Shown here piece after piece: positions 50,125 through 59,199 of a stretch of 64,000 nt of DNA. Positions within the stretch are counted from its first letter, which is position 1. Every line of letters starts with the position of its first letter. The position numbers were made by a program, and so were the translations under genes. Under the pieces are notes generated by a model. That model worked only from the letters and a program-made list of their open reading frames with translations, was not told the DNA's origin and ran no database searches. Origin of the DNA: Bacillota bacterium (GTDB taxonomy: Bacteria; Bacillota; Dehalobacteriia; UBA4068; UBA4997); assembly GCA_036677375.1 (NCBI GenBank), contig JAVBWO010000012.1, forward strand, positions 420,677-484,676, given 5' to 3'.

Positions 50125-52860
50125 TTAATTTGTCTCCAGTGTATCCATCACCTTACCGCAGCGGGGACAAAGACCATGCGAATCCAAAGCTTCGCTGTAC
50201 ACCCAGCAGCGCTCGCATTTGGCACCGGCGGCGGCGGCGACATGGATTGCCGTCTCTTCTCCTTTCACTAATTGAAAGGAAGAAACAATACAAATGGCGG
50301 CCAGGTCATTGGCCAGAGAATTCAACAAATCATAGGCCTCTTTGCCGCAAACCATTGTCACGGCGGCATCCAGCGAGTGGCCGATGACTTTATCCTGCCG
50401 AGCTTTTTCCAAAGCGGCGGTGACCTGTTCCCGCAAAGCTAAGACCGCTTCCCATTTGCTTTCCAGAGCATCGTCAAACCAGCCTCTGTTGACGGCGGGC
50501 ATATCCAAAAGCTGCACGCTTTCCGGCATACCGGAAGCCTTGGGCAGGTAAGTGTAGATCTCTTCCGAGGTATAGGCAAGAATCGGCACCAAAAGCCGCA
50601 TTAAGGCATCCACCGTGTAATACATCACCGTCTGAGCAGAACGGCGGCCCAGATCACCGGGCAGTTCGGTATACATCCTGTCTTTAGTGACATCCAGGTA
50701 GAAGTTGCTCATATCCACCACGCAGAATTTATGCACATTGTGGTAAACGGTGTGGAAAGCATATTCTTCATAACCTGAAAGCACCCTTTCAGTGAGACGG
50801 GCCAGCTTGGCTAAGATATAACGGTCGATTTCCGGCATATTTTCATAGGCTACCATATCTTTTGCGGGATCGAAATCATATAAATTGCCCAAGAGGAAAC
50901 GGGCGGTATTTCTAATCTTGCGGTAGGACTCGCTGACCTGTTTCATGATGGAAGGAGAAACGGCCAAGTCGTTTCTGTAATCGGCGGAGGAGACCCACAA
51001 ACGCAGCACGTCGGCGCCCATCTGGTCGATGACCTTCAGGGGGTCTACCGTATTGCCGATGGACTTGGATTGCTTGACACCTTTTTCATCCACTAGGAAA
51101 CCATGGGTCAGAACCGCCTTATAAGGAGCGGCGCCTTTAATGGCCACGGCGATGGACAAAGAAGAATTGAACCAGCCGCGGTGCTGGTCAGAACCTTCCA
51201 GGTACAGATCGGCGGGCCAGCTAAGATCAGACCATTGCTCCAAAACAGCCAGATGGCTGCTGCCGGAGTCGAACCAAACATCCATGATATCGGTTTCCTT
51301 GCGGAAGTGGTCATGGCCGCAGACGGGGCACACGGTGCCTTGGGGCATTAATTCGGCGGCGGGCTTGGTGAACCAGATATTGCTGCCGTGTTCTTGCACC
51401 AAGTTCGCGATATAATTAATGGTATCGTCATTGATGATTTCCTTGCCGCATTTTTCGCAGTAGAAAATGGGGATGGGCACGCCCCAGGTGCGCTGACGGG
51501 AAATACACCAGTCGCTTCTGTCCCGCACCATGTTGTAGATGCGGTCATGCCCCCAGGCGGGCACCCATTTTACTTGATCAATCTCCGCCAAAGCCTGTTG
51601 GCGGAAGCCGTTCACCGAAGCGAACCACTGCTCGGTGGCCCGGAAGATAATGGGTTTTTTGCAGCGCCAGCAGTGGGGATATTGGTGGTTCATCATCTGG
51701 AATTTCAAAAGGGCGCCGCATTCCTCTAAGGCTTTGCAGACCGCCTTATTCCCTTGGACCAGATCCATCCCGGCAAACTGCTCTCCCGCCTCGGCGGTAA
51801 AATGCCCGGTGCTGTCCACAGGAGACAGGATATCCAGATTGTAACGCATCCCAACTTCAAAGTCCTCGACGCCGTGGCCCGGGGCGGTGTGGACACAGCC
51901 GGTACCGGCATCCAAGGTGACATGCTCCCCTAAGATGACCACTGAATCCCGCTCTAAAAGCGGATGCCGGCAGGCAATGAATTCCAGGTCGTGGCCTTTA
52001 TATTCCTGCAAAACCTGACAGGTTTGGGCGCCGATGGCGGCCACAAAACCGTCCAGCAATTCCTTGGCCACCACTAATTTCTGACCGTCGATCTCCGCCA
52101 TGACATAGGTGTAGTCAGGATGGAGGGAAATAGCCAGGTTGGCGGGGATGGTCCAGGGCGTGGTGGTCCAGATTACAAAATAAGCGTCTTCCGGAACTAC
52201 TCCTTTGCCATCTTTCACTTTAAATTTTACATAGATGGAGGCGGACTTGGCGTCGGCATATTCCACTTCCGCTTCCGCCAGAGCTGTTTCACAGTCGGCG
52301 CACCAGTAAACAGGTTTCTTTCCTTTATAAATATAACCTTTTTTGGCCATTTCACCGAAGGCACGCAATTGCACCGCTTCGTATTTGGGCATCAAAGTGA
52401 TATAAGGATCTTCCCAATCCCCCCGCACGCCCAGCCGCTTGAACTGCGTTCTTTGCAGGTCGACAAATTTCAAAGCATATTCGGTGCATTTTTCCCGCAG
52501 GGTGGCTTTATCCATTTTATTGCGGTCGATGCCCAACTCCTTGATGGCCCGCAATTCGATGGGCAGCCCATGGGTATCCCAGCCGGGCACATAAGGCGCG
52601 TCAAAACCGCTCATGCTCTTATATTTGACCACCATATCCTTTAAAACCTTATTCAAGACATGGCCCATATGGATATTGCCGTTGGCATAAGGCGGGCCGT
52701 CGTGGAGGATGAATTTAGGCTTGCCGCTGTTTTTCGCCGCCACTTTGTGATAAATGTTCATCTCTTCCCAAGCCTTCAGAAACTCCGGCTCTCTTTCGGG
52801 TAAATTACCGCGCATGGGAAAATCGGTTTGCGGCAGATTCAGGCTGTTGCTATAATCCAT
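50125..52860 (-). CDS. ileS: Isoleucyl-tRNA synthetase (type 1)
   Basis: HDGPPYANGNIHMGH, GWDTHGLPIE, DWCISRQR.WG, EGSDQHRGWF, KQSKS, C-terminal CERCW/CPRC. Confidence 0.98.
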   Translation of the reverse strand: MDYSNSLNLPQTDFPMRGNLPEREPEFLKAWEEMNIYHKVAAKNSGKPKFILHDGPPYANGNIHMGHVLNKVLKDMVVKYKSMSGFDAPYVPGWDTHGLPIELRAIKELGIDRNKMDKATLREKCTEYALKFVDLQRTQFKRLGVRGDWEDPYITLMPKYEAVQLRAFGEMAKKGYIYKGKKPVYWCADCETALAEAEVEYADAKSASIYVKFKVKDGKGVVPEDAYFVIWTTTPWTIPANLAISLHPDYTYVMAEIDGQKLVVAKELLDGFVAAIGAQTCQVLQEYKGHDLEFIACRHPLLERDSVVILGEHVTLDAGTGCVHTAPGHGVEDFEVGMRYNLDILSPVDSTGHFTAEAGEQFAGMDLVQGNKAVCKALEECGALLKFQMMNHQYPHCWRCKKPIIFRATEQWFASVNGFRQQALAEIDQVKWVPAWGHDRIYNMVRDRSDWCISRQRTWGVPIPIFYCEKCGKEIINDDTINYIANLVQEHGSNIWFTKPAAELMPQGTVCPVCGHDHFRKETDIMDVWFDSGSSHLAVLEQWSDLSWPADLYLEGSDQHRGWFNSSLSIAVAIKGAAPYKAVLTHGFLVDEKGVKQSKSIGNTVDPLKVIDQMGADVLRLWVSSADYRNDLAVSPSIMKQVSESYRKIRNTARFLLGNLYDFDPAKDMVAYENMPEIDRYILAKLARLTERVLSGYEEYAFHTVYHNVHKFCVVDMSNFYLDVTKDRMYTELPGDLGRRSAQTVMYYTVDALMRLLVPILAYTSEEIYTYLPKASGMPESVQLLDMPAVNRGWFDDALESKWEAVLALREQVTAALEKARQDKVIGHSLDAAVTMVCGKEAYDLLNSLANDLAAICIVSSFQLVKGEETAIHVAAAAGAKCERCWVYSEALDSHGLCPRCGKVMDTLETN

Positions 52861-53037
52861 GAAAAAGCTCCTTTCATCATGAAAACAGATTTAAATTGCT
52901 AATTATTGCCTTGCCGCCCTCCCGGCTCCTGCCGGTTTTGCGGCTCAGTGAATCTTAAGATCATGCTTAAAGCAGATGGACGGCCTTGTAAAAGTGTTTT
53001 GCAACACATGTCCTTCCATGCCGTCTGACGGCACCCA

Positions 53038-53325
53038 TAAAAAAAATACCCCCATCCCTCTTTAGGGACGGAAGCACCGTGGTACCACCCTATTTATTCC
53101 CAACCGCTTTGATCGGTTTTTACAGCTTTTAGCCGAAGCGGGATAGGAATCACTTACCGGCAGATAACGGCTCCCGCCGGGCAGTCCTCATTAGAGCGAA
53201 GCTCTTTTCGAACCGCCAGCTCACAGGTGATTTCCTTCAAGTATTCGATACCCGGCTCCCACCTTACCCAGGCTCTCTGTAATCTCTTGCCTTGAAAGCG
53301 TCCTGCTCATCGCTTTTTCATTGTG
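53038..53325 (-). ncRNA. T-box leader (Ile specifier)
   Basis: Minus strand: AGAGA box, GGTGGGA loop, specifier GAA-ATC (AUC at 53229-53231), T-box AATAGGGTGGTACCACG (53078-53094), terminator with U-tract; TTGACA at 53426-53431. Confidence 0.9.
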
Positions 53326-53473
53326 TTTTCAGTTTTAATTTTGCCCGCCGCCCTGCTTAAAATGCACAGAAGCCTTTCCAGGCATTTACTTATAACGTAT
53401 TTATATTATACCAAAGGACGGCCCTTGTCAACGGGGTCGCCCTAAAATATCGCTGCAATCAATTTCCCCAAAC

Positions 53474-53746
53474 CTAAATCGCCAGCGCGTACAGAAGTTT
53501 GATAACCAGACGATAAACCAGCTCCAATGCCAGCAAGGCCACGATGGGGGAAAAATCAATGGAGCTCAATCTGGCAAAAGGAAGCAGGCGGCGAAAAAGA
53601 TTCAGAAAAGGTTCCGTCATCTCATGGATAAAACGGAAAATAGCATTGCTCCGATTATGCGGAAACCAGGAAAGAAGTACATTGGCAATAATCATATAAA
53701 AATAGATCTGAAAAAGCATATTGACCAAACGAATTAAAAAAAGCAT
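53474..53746 (-). CDS. ylmG: YggT/YlmG family membrane protein
   Basis: LLSWFP..MTEPFL..FRRLLP..IDFSPIVA. Confidence 0.93.
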   Translation of the reverse strand: MLFLIRLVNMLFQIYFYMIIANVLLSWFPHNRSNAIFRFIHEMTEPFLNLFRRLLPFARLSSIDFSPIVALLALELVYRLVIKLLYALAI

Positions 53747-53762
53747 TCTATTACCTCGCTAT

Positions 53763-54278
53763 TTACTTTTTGAAAAAATTGAATGCTGGAAAATCATCGC
53801 CTCCGGCAGAGGAACCGGCAGGACCTTTGCTGAAGCCGTCGTCTCCCATGATATTGCCTTCCAGATCCACCTGGTTGGAGCTGAAAACAAAGGTAGCGCC
53901 GCTGACTTTTTTGGGCACGCCGTCTAAAGCGAACACGGCGCCGGAAAGAAAATCAACCATACGCTGGGCAATGTCCTGGGGCATCTCTTCAAAATTAACG
54001 ATAACCACACGGCGTTCCTTGATGTGCCTGGCAATGGTCTGCATATCATCATAGCGCTCCGCTTTAATCAAGATCATTTCCACGGCTTTATTCTGTCCCG
54101 GGATAGCAACCATTTGTCCCCGGCGGCTCTTTTTCATATCCTGTTCACGAAAGACATCCTGATATTCCTTATATTCCCGGGGCTCCGCCACTGCCTGAGC
54201 CTCAGGTCTTTGCTCCCCCATTTCCTCTTCTTCTAGAGGATGAAAGAATACATTGCTTACCTTATCCCAAAATGCCAT
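53763..54278 (-). CDS. sepF: Cell division protein SepF
   Basis: VIVNFE..AQRMVDFLSGAVFALDG. Confidence 0.93.
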   Translation of the reverse strand: MAFWDKVSNVFFHPLEEEEMGEQRPEAQAVAEPREYKEYQDVFREQDMKKSRRGQMVAIPGQNKAVEMILIKAERYDDMQTIARHIKERRVVIVNFEEMPQDIAQRMVDFLSGAVFALDGVPKKVSGATFVFSSNQVDLEGNIMGDDGFSKGPAGSSAGGDDFPAFNFFKK

Positions 54279-54303
54279 AATAAACCTCCCCCTTTAAATC
54301 CCA

Positions 54304-54996
54304 TTATTGGTATGCCCGCATTCCAAATATCCCTGTACCGATCCTGATAATAGTAGCACCCTCCGCAGCGGCTACCATATAATCACCGGTCATTCCCATG
54401 GATAATTCCTTCATATCGGCATAGGGCAAATCTAAAGCCGCCAATTCGTCCCGTAACTGCCTGAGCCGGCAAAATACCGGCCGGTTTTCTTCCATATCCT
54501 CCACATAAGGTGCTATGGTCATCAACCCCTTCACGGCTATATGGGGATAAGCCTCCAAAGAACGGATGAAAGCCTCTGTTTTTTCTGCCTTGAGTCCAAA
54601 TTTCGTATCTTCTTCCGCAATGTTGACTTCCAGAAGGCAAGGAACCACTCTATTAATCTTAGCTGCCTGCTTTTCGATCTCCTGAGCCAGAGATTCCCGG
54701 TCCAGGGAGTGGATCATGGCAACCTTATCAATGATATATTTGACTTTATTGGTTTGCAGGTGTCCGATGAAATGCCAATTGACTTCGGGAAAACTGTCAT
54801 ATTTATCCAGAAGTTCCTGCACCTTATTTTCACCGAAGCAGTCCAAACCCGCGGCCAGGGCCTCTGCCATCCGGGGAGGCTTTACAGTCTTGGTCACCGC
54901 CATGATTGTAATATTTGCCGTGGCATAGGGAGTATCCTGCCTGGCTTTTAGAACATTTTCTCTGATAAAACCAATCTTTTCAGCAATAGATGACAT
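54304..54996 (-). CDS. yggS: YggS family PLP homeostasis protein (YlmE)
   Basis: AVTK, FGENKVQE, WHFIGHLQTNK, GLMTIAP, LSMGMTGD, RIGTGIFG. Confidence 0.95.
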   Translation of the reverse strand: MSSIAEKIGFIRENVLKARQDTPYATANITIMAVTKTVKPPRMAEALAAGLDCFGENKVQELLDKYDSFPEVNWHFIGHLQTNKVKYIIDKVAMIHSLDRESLAQEIEKQAAKINRVVPCLLEVNIAEEDTKFGLKAEKTEAFIRSLEAYPHIAVKGLMTIAPYVEDMEENRPVFCRLRQLRDELAALDLPYADMKELSMGMTGDYMVAAAEGATIIRIGTGIFGMRAYQ

Positions 54997-55134
54997 TACG
55001 TGCCTCCAAATGTGATATTATGACAAAGAACGCGTGTCACAAGCCTGTTTCAGACGATATCGTACTTATTGTACCACAAAATTTTCTAGCTGCAAATATT
55101 TCTCTGCAATTTCCTAAAAATAAGCGGTACAGGC

Positions 55135-55164
55135 AAAAAAAGCGGCGCTTCAAGCGCCGCTTTT
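55135..55164 (-). terminator. Intrinsic terminator after nrdG
   Basis: aaaagcggcgctt-c-aagcgccgctttt. Confidence 0.8.
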
Positions 55165-55185
55165 AGGTTTGACCATACAAAATAG

Positions 55186-55335
55186 CACTGTAACATCTAA
55201 AATTGTGATATAGCGGCGAGGATGGTTTGCGCAGGACAAGGTGGAGGATTGAGGAATCCTTTCTGTATTCTGATTGACGACAACACAATATTGTATAAAC
55301 AGGATCGATGTACGCAAGGATTCGGTATTACAGTG
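55186..55335. mobile_element. Putative 150-bp MITE-like palindromic element
   Basis: Terminal inverted repeats CACTGTAA / TTACAGTG, weak internal self-complementarity, no credible coding role; sits between the nrdG stop and its terminator. Confidence 0.45.
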
Positions 55336-55337
55336 TA

Positions 55338-55856
55338 CTAGGAGGCTGGGCGATAAAAGGCATGCTCCACCACTTTGCCCGCCTCCAGGGAGGCGGCCAC
55401 ATCAATGGCCCGCTGGTTTCTGGAACCACGGAAGAAAAGGTTCAAGTCCTTCTCCTTTAAAAGAAATGGCCCGTCCATCACGATCGCCGTATCGGACAAG
55501 AGTTCCTTGACATCGGAGTTCTTTTCCGCCATCTCCAGAATTTCTTCCCAGGTATAGCCGGTATAGACAAAGATATCCTTGCCCATCTCCCGCACGCCCC
55601 GCGCCAGAAGCGCGGCGGCTTTCGGCTGAGCCAGCGGCTCGCCGCCGGAAAGCGTAATGCCCTTTAACAGAGGATGCTTGGCAATCTCTTGCAGGATATC
55701 CTCCGATTGAAACAACGTGCCTCCGGCAAAATCATGGGTCTCCGGATTCTGGCAGCCGGGACAGTGATGAGGGCAGCCTTGGAAGAACACCACAAAACGG
55801 ATTCCCGGGCCGTCCACCACGCTTTCTTTCACCACGCCGGACAAACGCATCTCCAT
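55338..55856 (-). CDS. nrdG: Anaerobic ribonucleotide reductase activase NrdG
   Basis: SVVDGPGIR..QGCPHHCPGC, GITLSGGEP, RGSRNQR. Confidence 0.96.
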   Translation of the reverse strand: MEMRLSGVVKESVVDGPGIRFVVFFQGCPHHCPGCQNPETHDFAGGTLFQSEDILQEIAKHPLLKGITLSGGEPLAQPKAAALLARGVREMGKDIFVYTGYTWEEILEMAEKNSDVKELLSDTAIVMDGPFLLKEKDLNLFFRGSRNQRAIDVAASLEAGKVVEHAFYRPAS

Positions 55857-55871
55857 TCCCTCATCTCCTTA

Positions 55872-56345
55872 TTTTAATGTTCGCGTATATACTTTAGGTA
55901 TATGTCACAATTCTACCCGCGGCATTCTGGCGATCACGCATCTTTTAATGTTCGTGCATCATGATTTGTTATCTTACAAAATACTACCCGCGGTGCTTTT
56001 AACGTTCGCGCATATAACATTTATTTACCGCATGATATTACCTGCAGCGTTTTTAATGCTTGCGTATAGCTTTGCTTTACCCCAAGACACTACCCACAGC
56101 AGCTCTTTAATGTTCGCGCAGATAACATTTATTTACCTCCAGACAATACCCGCGGCTGCTTTTAACGTTCGCGCAGATAGCTTTGATTTGTCCCAAGACA
56201 CTACCCGCGGCTGCTTTGATGCTTACGCTTCTTTTAACATTCGCACATCTCAGTTTTACTATCTTTTTATCACTACCTACATTTTTCCTAAGGTTTGCGT
56301 TTTAACGTTTGCACAGATACTTTTGATTAAAAATCCTACCAAAGC
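55872..56345. repeat. Tandem array of ~54-bp bipartite non-coding repeats (about 8 full units plus orphan box-A copies)
   Basis: Box A TTTTAAYGTTCGCG-like starts at 55872, 55943, 55997, 56051, 56105, 56160, (56214), 56232, 56300; box B TACCCGCGG-like follows, mostly 42 nt after the box-A start. Confidence 0.88.
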
Positions 56346-56425
56346 CTTTTTCGCGCCTGCATATCCGCTTTTTTATGTAATACAAATACTTCACAGCGAG
56401 AACCGGATTCACAGCATCATCCACC

Positions 56426-58438
56426 CTACAGGTGGGAGACCCGGCTGTGCAATTCCGCTAATTTGGCGTCATTGAAGCGATCTGTGGTGCTGAAATATCC
56501 GGTGATCCGCCGTACCCGGCTGATTTCCGTACTGCCACAGACAGGGCATTCATCCTGGTTGATGACACCCTGATGGTTACAGGAGGTACAAAAATCAATA
56601 GGGAAATTGATGCCTGCATAACCCATATCGCAGTCCTTCATGTGGCGCAGGATGGTCTCAATGGCCTCTACGTTGTTGGACAAAGGTGACGCGATCTCCA
56701 CATAGCTGATATGGCCGGCGTCACAGTATTTATGATACGCCCCTTCTATCGCCACTTTATCAAAAAGGGAAATGGGATAATGCACCGGCACGTGGAAAGA
56801 ATTGCTATAATATTCCCGGTCGTTAACGCCAGGAATCAGACCATATTCCTTGCGGTCTATTTTCAGAAACCGCCCGGCCAGGCCTTCGGCCGGCGTGGCC
56901 AAAAGCGTATAATTCAGGTCGTGATTCTCGGCATATTCCTTCACCCGCTTGGACATATGGGAAATAATCTCAAGTCCCAGCTTCTGCGATTCCGGGGATT
57001 CCCCGTGATGTTTGCCTGTTAAAGCCGTCAAGGTTTCCGCCAGACCGATGAAGCCGATGGAAAGGGAACCGTGCCTGATGGCCTTTTCAATGGTATCGTT
57101 GGCAGCAAGCCCTTCGGAATCCAAATAGAGCTTCTGCCCCATCAAAAAGGGCATGTCCTTGACCTTCAAGCTCGCCTGCACCCGAAAGCGGTGGAAAAGC
57201 TGCCGGGAAGTCAGATCCATTACATTATCCAGCAAGCGGTAAAAAATATCGATATCGCCCTTGGCCTGAATGGCCAACCGGGGCAGATTGATAGAAGTAA
57301 AGGAAAGATTGCCCCGTTTTTCCGTAATGGCCGGACCCTTGCGGTTGGCCATCACCCGGGTGCGGCAACCCATATAGGCCACCTCGGCGCCGTAATCCCG
57401 GTTAAAGCTTGAGTCCATGAAGCTATAAGTAGGATTCATCCGCTTGCCGGTAACCCGCATGGCCAGCTGGAACAGATCATAGTTAGGATCTCCCGGATTG
57501 AAATTGATGCCTTCCTTCAAACGGAAGATTACATTGGGGAAAATGGGGTTCTCCCCATGGCCCAACCCCTGTTCATAAGCTAAAAGCAAATTCCGGGTGA
57601 CTTTACGCCCCGCCTCCGAAGTATCACAGCCCAGATTCAGGCTGGAGAAAGGCACCTGGGCCCCGGCTCTGGAATGCATGCTGTTCAAATTATAGATCAA
57701 AGCTTCCATAGCCTGGAAGACCTCATCATCGGAAGCCTCCCCGATAAAGGGGGCGATGTCCCGGTCAAAGAAAGCAAAGCTCTGGCCGCCGTGCATGTCG
57801 TTTTGGGAGCTTTGCAGGATAATCGCCGCCAAGGCGGTAGCAGAGCCTGGCCGGCGGGGCGGCCGGATATAACCGTGACCATTGTTAAAACCCCGCTGCA
57901 GCAATTCGCCCAGAGGGATCTGAACACAGGTCAGGGTCTTGGAATAAAAGTCCAGATCATGGATATGAATATCGCCGCTGCGGTGCGCCTTGGAGAACTC
58001 CTCCGGAATCAGCCGGGATAAATAATAGGTTTTGCTGGCGGCGCTGGCGATCTGTAGCATTTTCGCAGAGGGGGAATTGCTCACATTGGCGTTTTCCTTG
58101 CTGGTCTCCACCAGAATTTGCTCCACGGCATCCATCAAATCGGATCTCGCCATACGCACCCGGTTCCTGCGATCGCGGTACAAAATGTAAGCTTTGGCGG
58201 TACGGGCATGTCCATCTTCAATGAGCACCCTTTCCACCATATCCTGAACGTCTTCGACGCTGAAGATATCGGAGCCGTACTGTAGCTGCAATTCTTTCAG
58301 CACCTTAATAGTCAGTTCCATGGCCAAAGTACGGTCATTGCCACCTTCCGCCTGTGCGGCGCGAAAAATCGCGTCCGTGATCTTGCTTTCATCAAAGGCC
58401 ACCAGACGGCCGTCTCTTTTGCGTATTTGATTCACCAT
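56426..58438 (-). CDS. nrdD: Anaerobic ribonucleoside-triphosphate reductase NrdD
   Basis: N-terminal ATP cone, IHIHDLD, MGCRT, ATPAEG, CTSC..CPVC, glycyl radical loop RRITGY. Confidence 0.97.
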   Translation of the reverse strand: MVNQIRKRDGRLVAFDESKITDAIFRAAQAEGGNDRTLAMELTIKVLKELQLQYGSDIFSVEDVQDMVERVLIEDGHARTAKAYILYRDRRNRVRMARSDLMDAVEQILVETSKENANVSNSPSAKMLQIASAASKTYYLSRLIPEEFSKAHRSGDIHIHDLDFYSKTLTCVQIPLGELLQRGFNNGHGYIRPPRRPGSATALAAIILQSSQNDMHGGQSFAFFDRDIAPFIGEASDDEVFQAMEALIYNLNSMHSRAGAQVPFSSLNLGCDTSEAGRKVTRNLLLAYEQGLGHGENPIFPNVIFRLKEGINFNPGDPNYDLFQLAMRVTGKRMNPTYSFMDSSFNRDYGAEVAYMGCRTRVMANRKGPAITEKRGNLSFTSINLPRLAIQAKGDIDIFYRLLDNVMDLTSRQLFHRFRVQASLKVKDMPFLMGQKLYLDSEGLAANDTIEKAIRHGSLSIGFIGLAETLTALTGKHHGESPESQKLGLEIISHMSKRVKEYAENHDLNYTLLATPAEGLAGRFLKIDRKEYGLIPGVNDREYYSNSFHVPVHYPISLFDKVAIEGAYHKYCDAGHISYVEIASPLSNNVEAIETILRHMKDCDMGYAGINFPIDFCTSCNHQGVINQDECPVCGSTEISRVRRITGYFSTTDRFNDAKLAELHSRVSHL

Positions 58439-58462
58439 ATTCTTTCCCCCACCATTTTCAGA

Positions 58463-58981
58463 TTATTTACCGTTCTCCCGCAGCAATAATTCTTCAATAG
58501 ATCTCAGCGAAGAACCGTCGGAATTATTTCTCTCCCGCAGCATTAGCATCAGCTCGTTCATAAAAGTGCGAATATCCTCAAACTGCCGGTATACGGAGGC
58601 AAAACGTACATAAGCCACTTCGTCCACCGTACGCAGCTTCTGCATGACCAGCTCCCCGATTTCTTTTGAGGGGATCTCCCGATCCATGGTATTGCGCAGT
58701 TCCTTTTCGATGTCATTGACCATTTCTTCCAAAACGCTGAAGGGGACGGAACGTTTGTCACAGGCTTTTACCAAGCCGTTCAAAATTTTGTTGGCGTCGA
58801 AGAGCTCCCGGCGGTTGTCCCTTTTGACCACGATCAAGGGGATTTCCTCTAACCGCTCATAGGTGGTAAAGCGCTTACCGCATTGCTGGCATTCCCGGCG
58901 GCGGCGGATGCTTTTACCGTCCTCTACAGGGCGTGAATCCAAAACCTTAGAATCCTCATAACCGCAATAAGCACATTTCAT
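58463..58981 (-). CDS. nrdR: Transcriptional repressor NrdR
   Basis: MKCAYC..SKVLDSR..IRRRRECQQCGKRFTTYE, ATP cone, DEVAYVRFASVYR. Confidence 0.97.
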   Translation of the reverse strand: MKCAYCGYEDSKVLDSRPVEDGKSIRRRRECQQCGKRFTTYERLEEIPLIVVKRDNRRELFDANKILNGLVKACDKRSVPFSVLEEMVNDIEKELRNTMDREIPSKEIGELVMQKLRTVDEVAYVRFASVYRQFEDIRTFMNELMLMLRERNNSDGSSLRSIEELLLRENGK

Positions 58982-59046
58982 GAGATCCGCTCCTTCATCA
59001 TACGTATTTTAAAAATGAAAAATGCGTTTGGTGGTTTTACCAGGCC

Positions 59047-59100
59047 ATAGTACATTTTGTGCTATTATCTTATTTTAAACCACAATATATAGTATGTCAA
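59047..59100 (-). promoter_or_regulatory. Sigma-A promoter of nrdR-nrdD-nrdG overlapped by NrdR boxes
   Basis: Minus strand TTGACA-N17-TAAAAT; NrdR box CCACAATATATAGTAT at 59080-59095 in the spacer; weaker second box at 59047-59062. Confidence 0.78.
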
Positions 59101-59164
59101 GTCTTTCCAGAGGGATTTACCGGTAATTATTATCATTAAATTAATAAGCCCATTTAAACAAATA

Positions 59165-59191
59165 AATCCGGCTTACGCCGGATTAAAAAAA
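59165..59191. terminator. Hairpin / probable terminator after ylmC
   Basis: aatccggc-ttac-gccggatt followed by a T-rich stretch on the minus strand. Confidence 0.6.
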
Positions 59192-59199
59192 TATTTTTC

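Noticed and set aside
55872-56345. CRISPR array (box B plus box A as a ~29-nt repeat, ~25-nt spacers)
   Set aside because: Would-be spacers are homologous to one another (3 with 5, 4 with 6), repeats are degenerate throughout, and no cas gene or leader is in the window.
55872-56345. Type III toxin-antitoxin RNA array, TIGR array, integron attC sites, dif site or LexA boxes
   Set aside because: No ToxN/CptN/TenpN, Tas or integrase gene is adjacent. There is no paired RYYYAAC...GTTRRRY around a long palindrome, no XerC/XerD arm match and no complete GAAC-N4-GTTC.
55948-56475. 175-aa plus-strand ORF over the repeat array
   Set aside because: Antisense to the operon, no RBS, and the repeat is read in different frames from unit to unit; treated as a by-product of the repeat.
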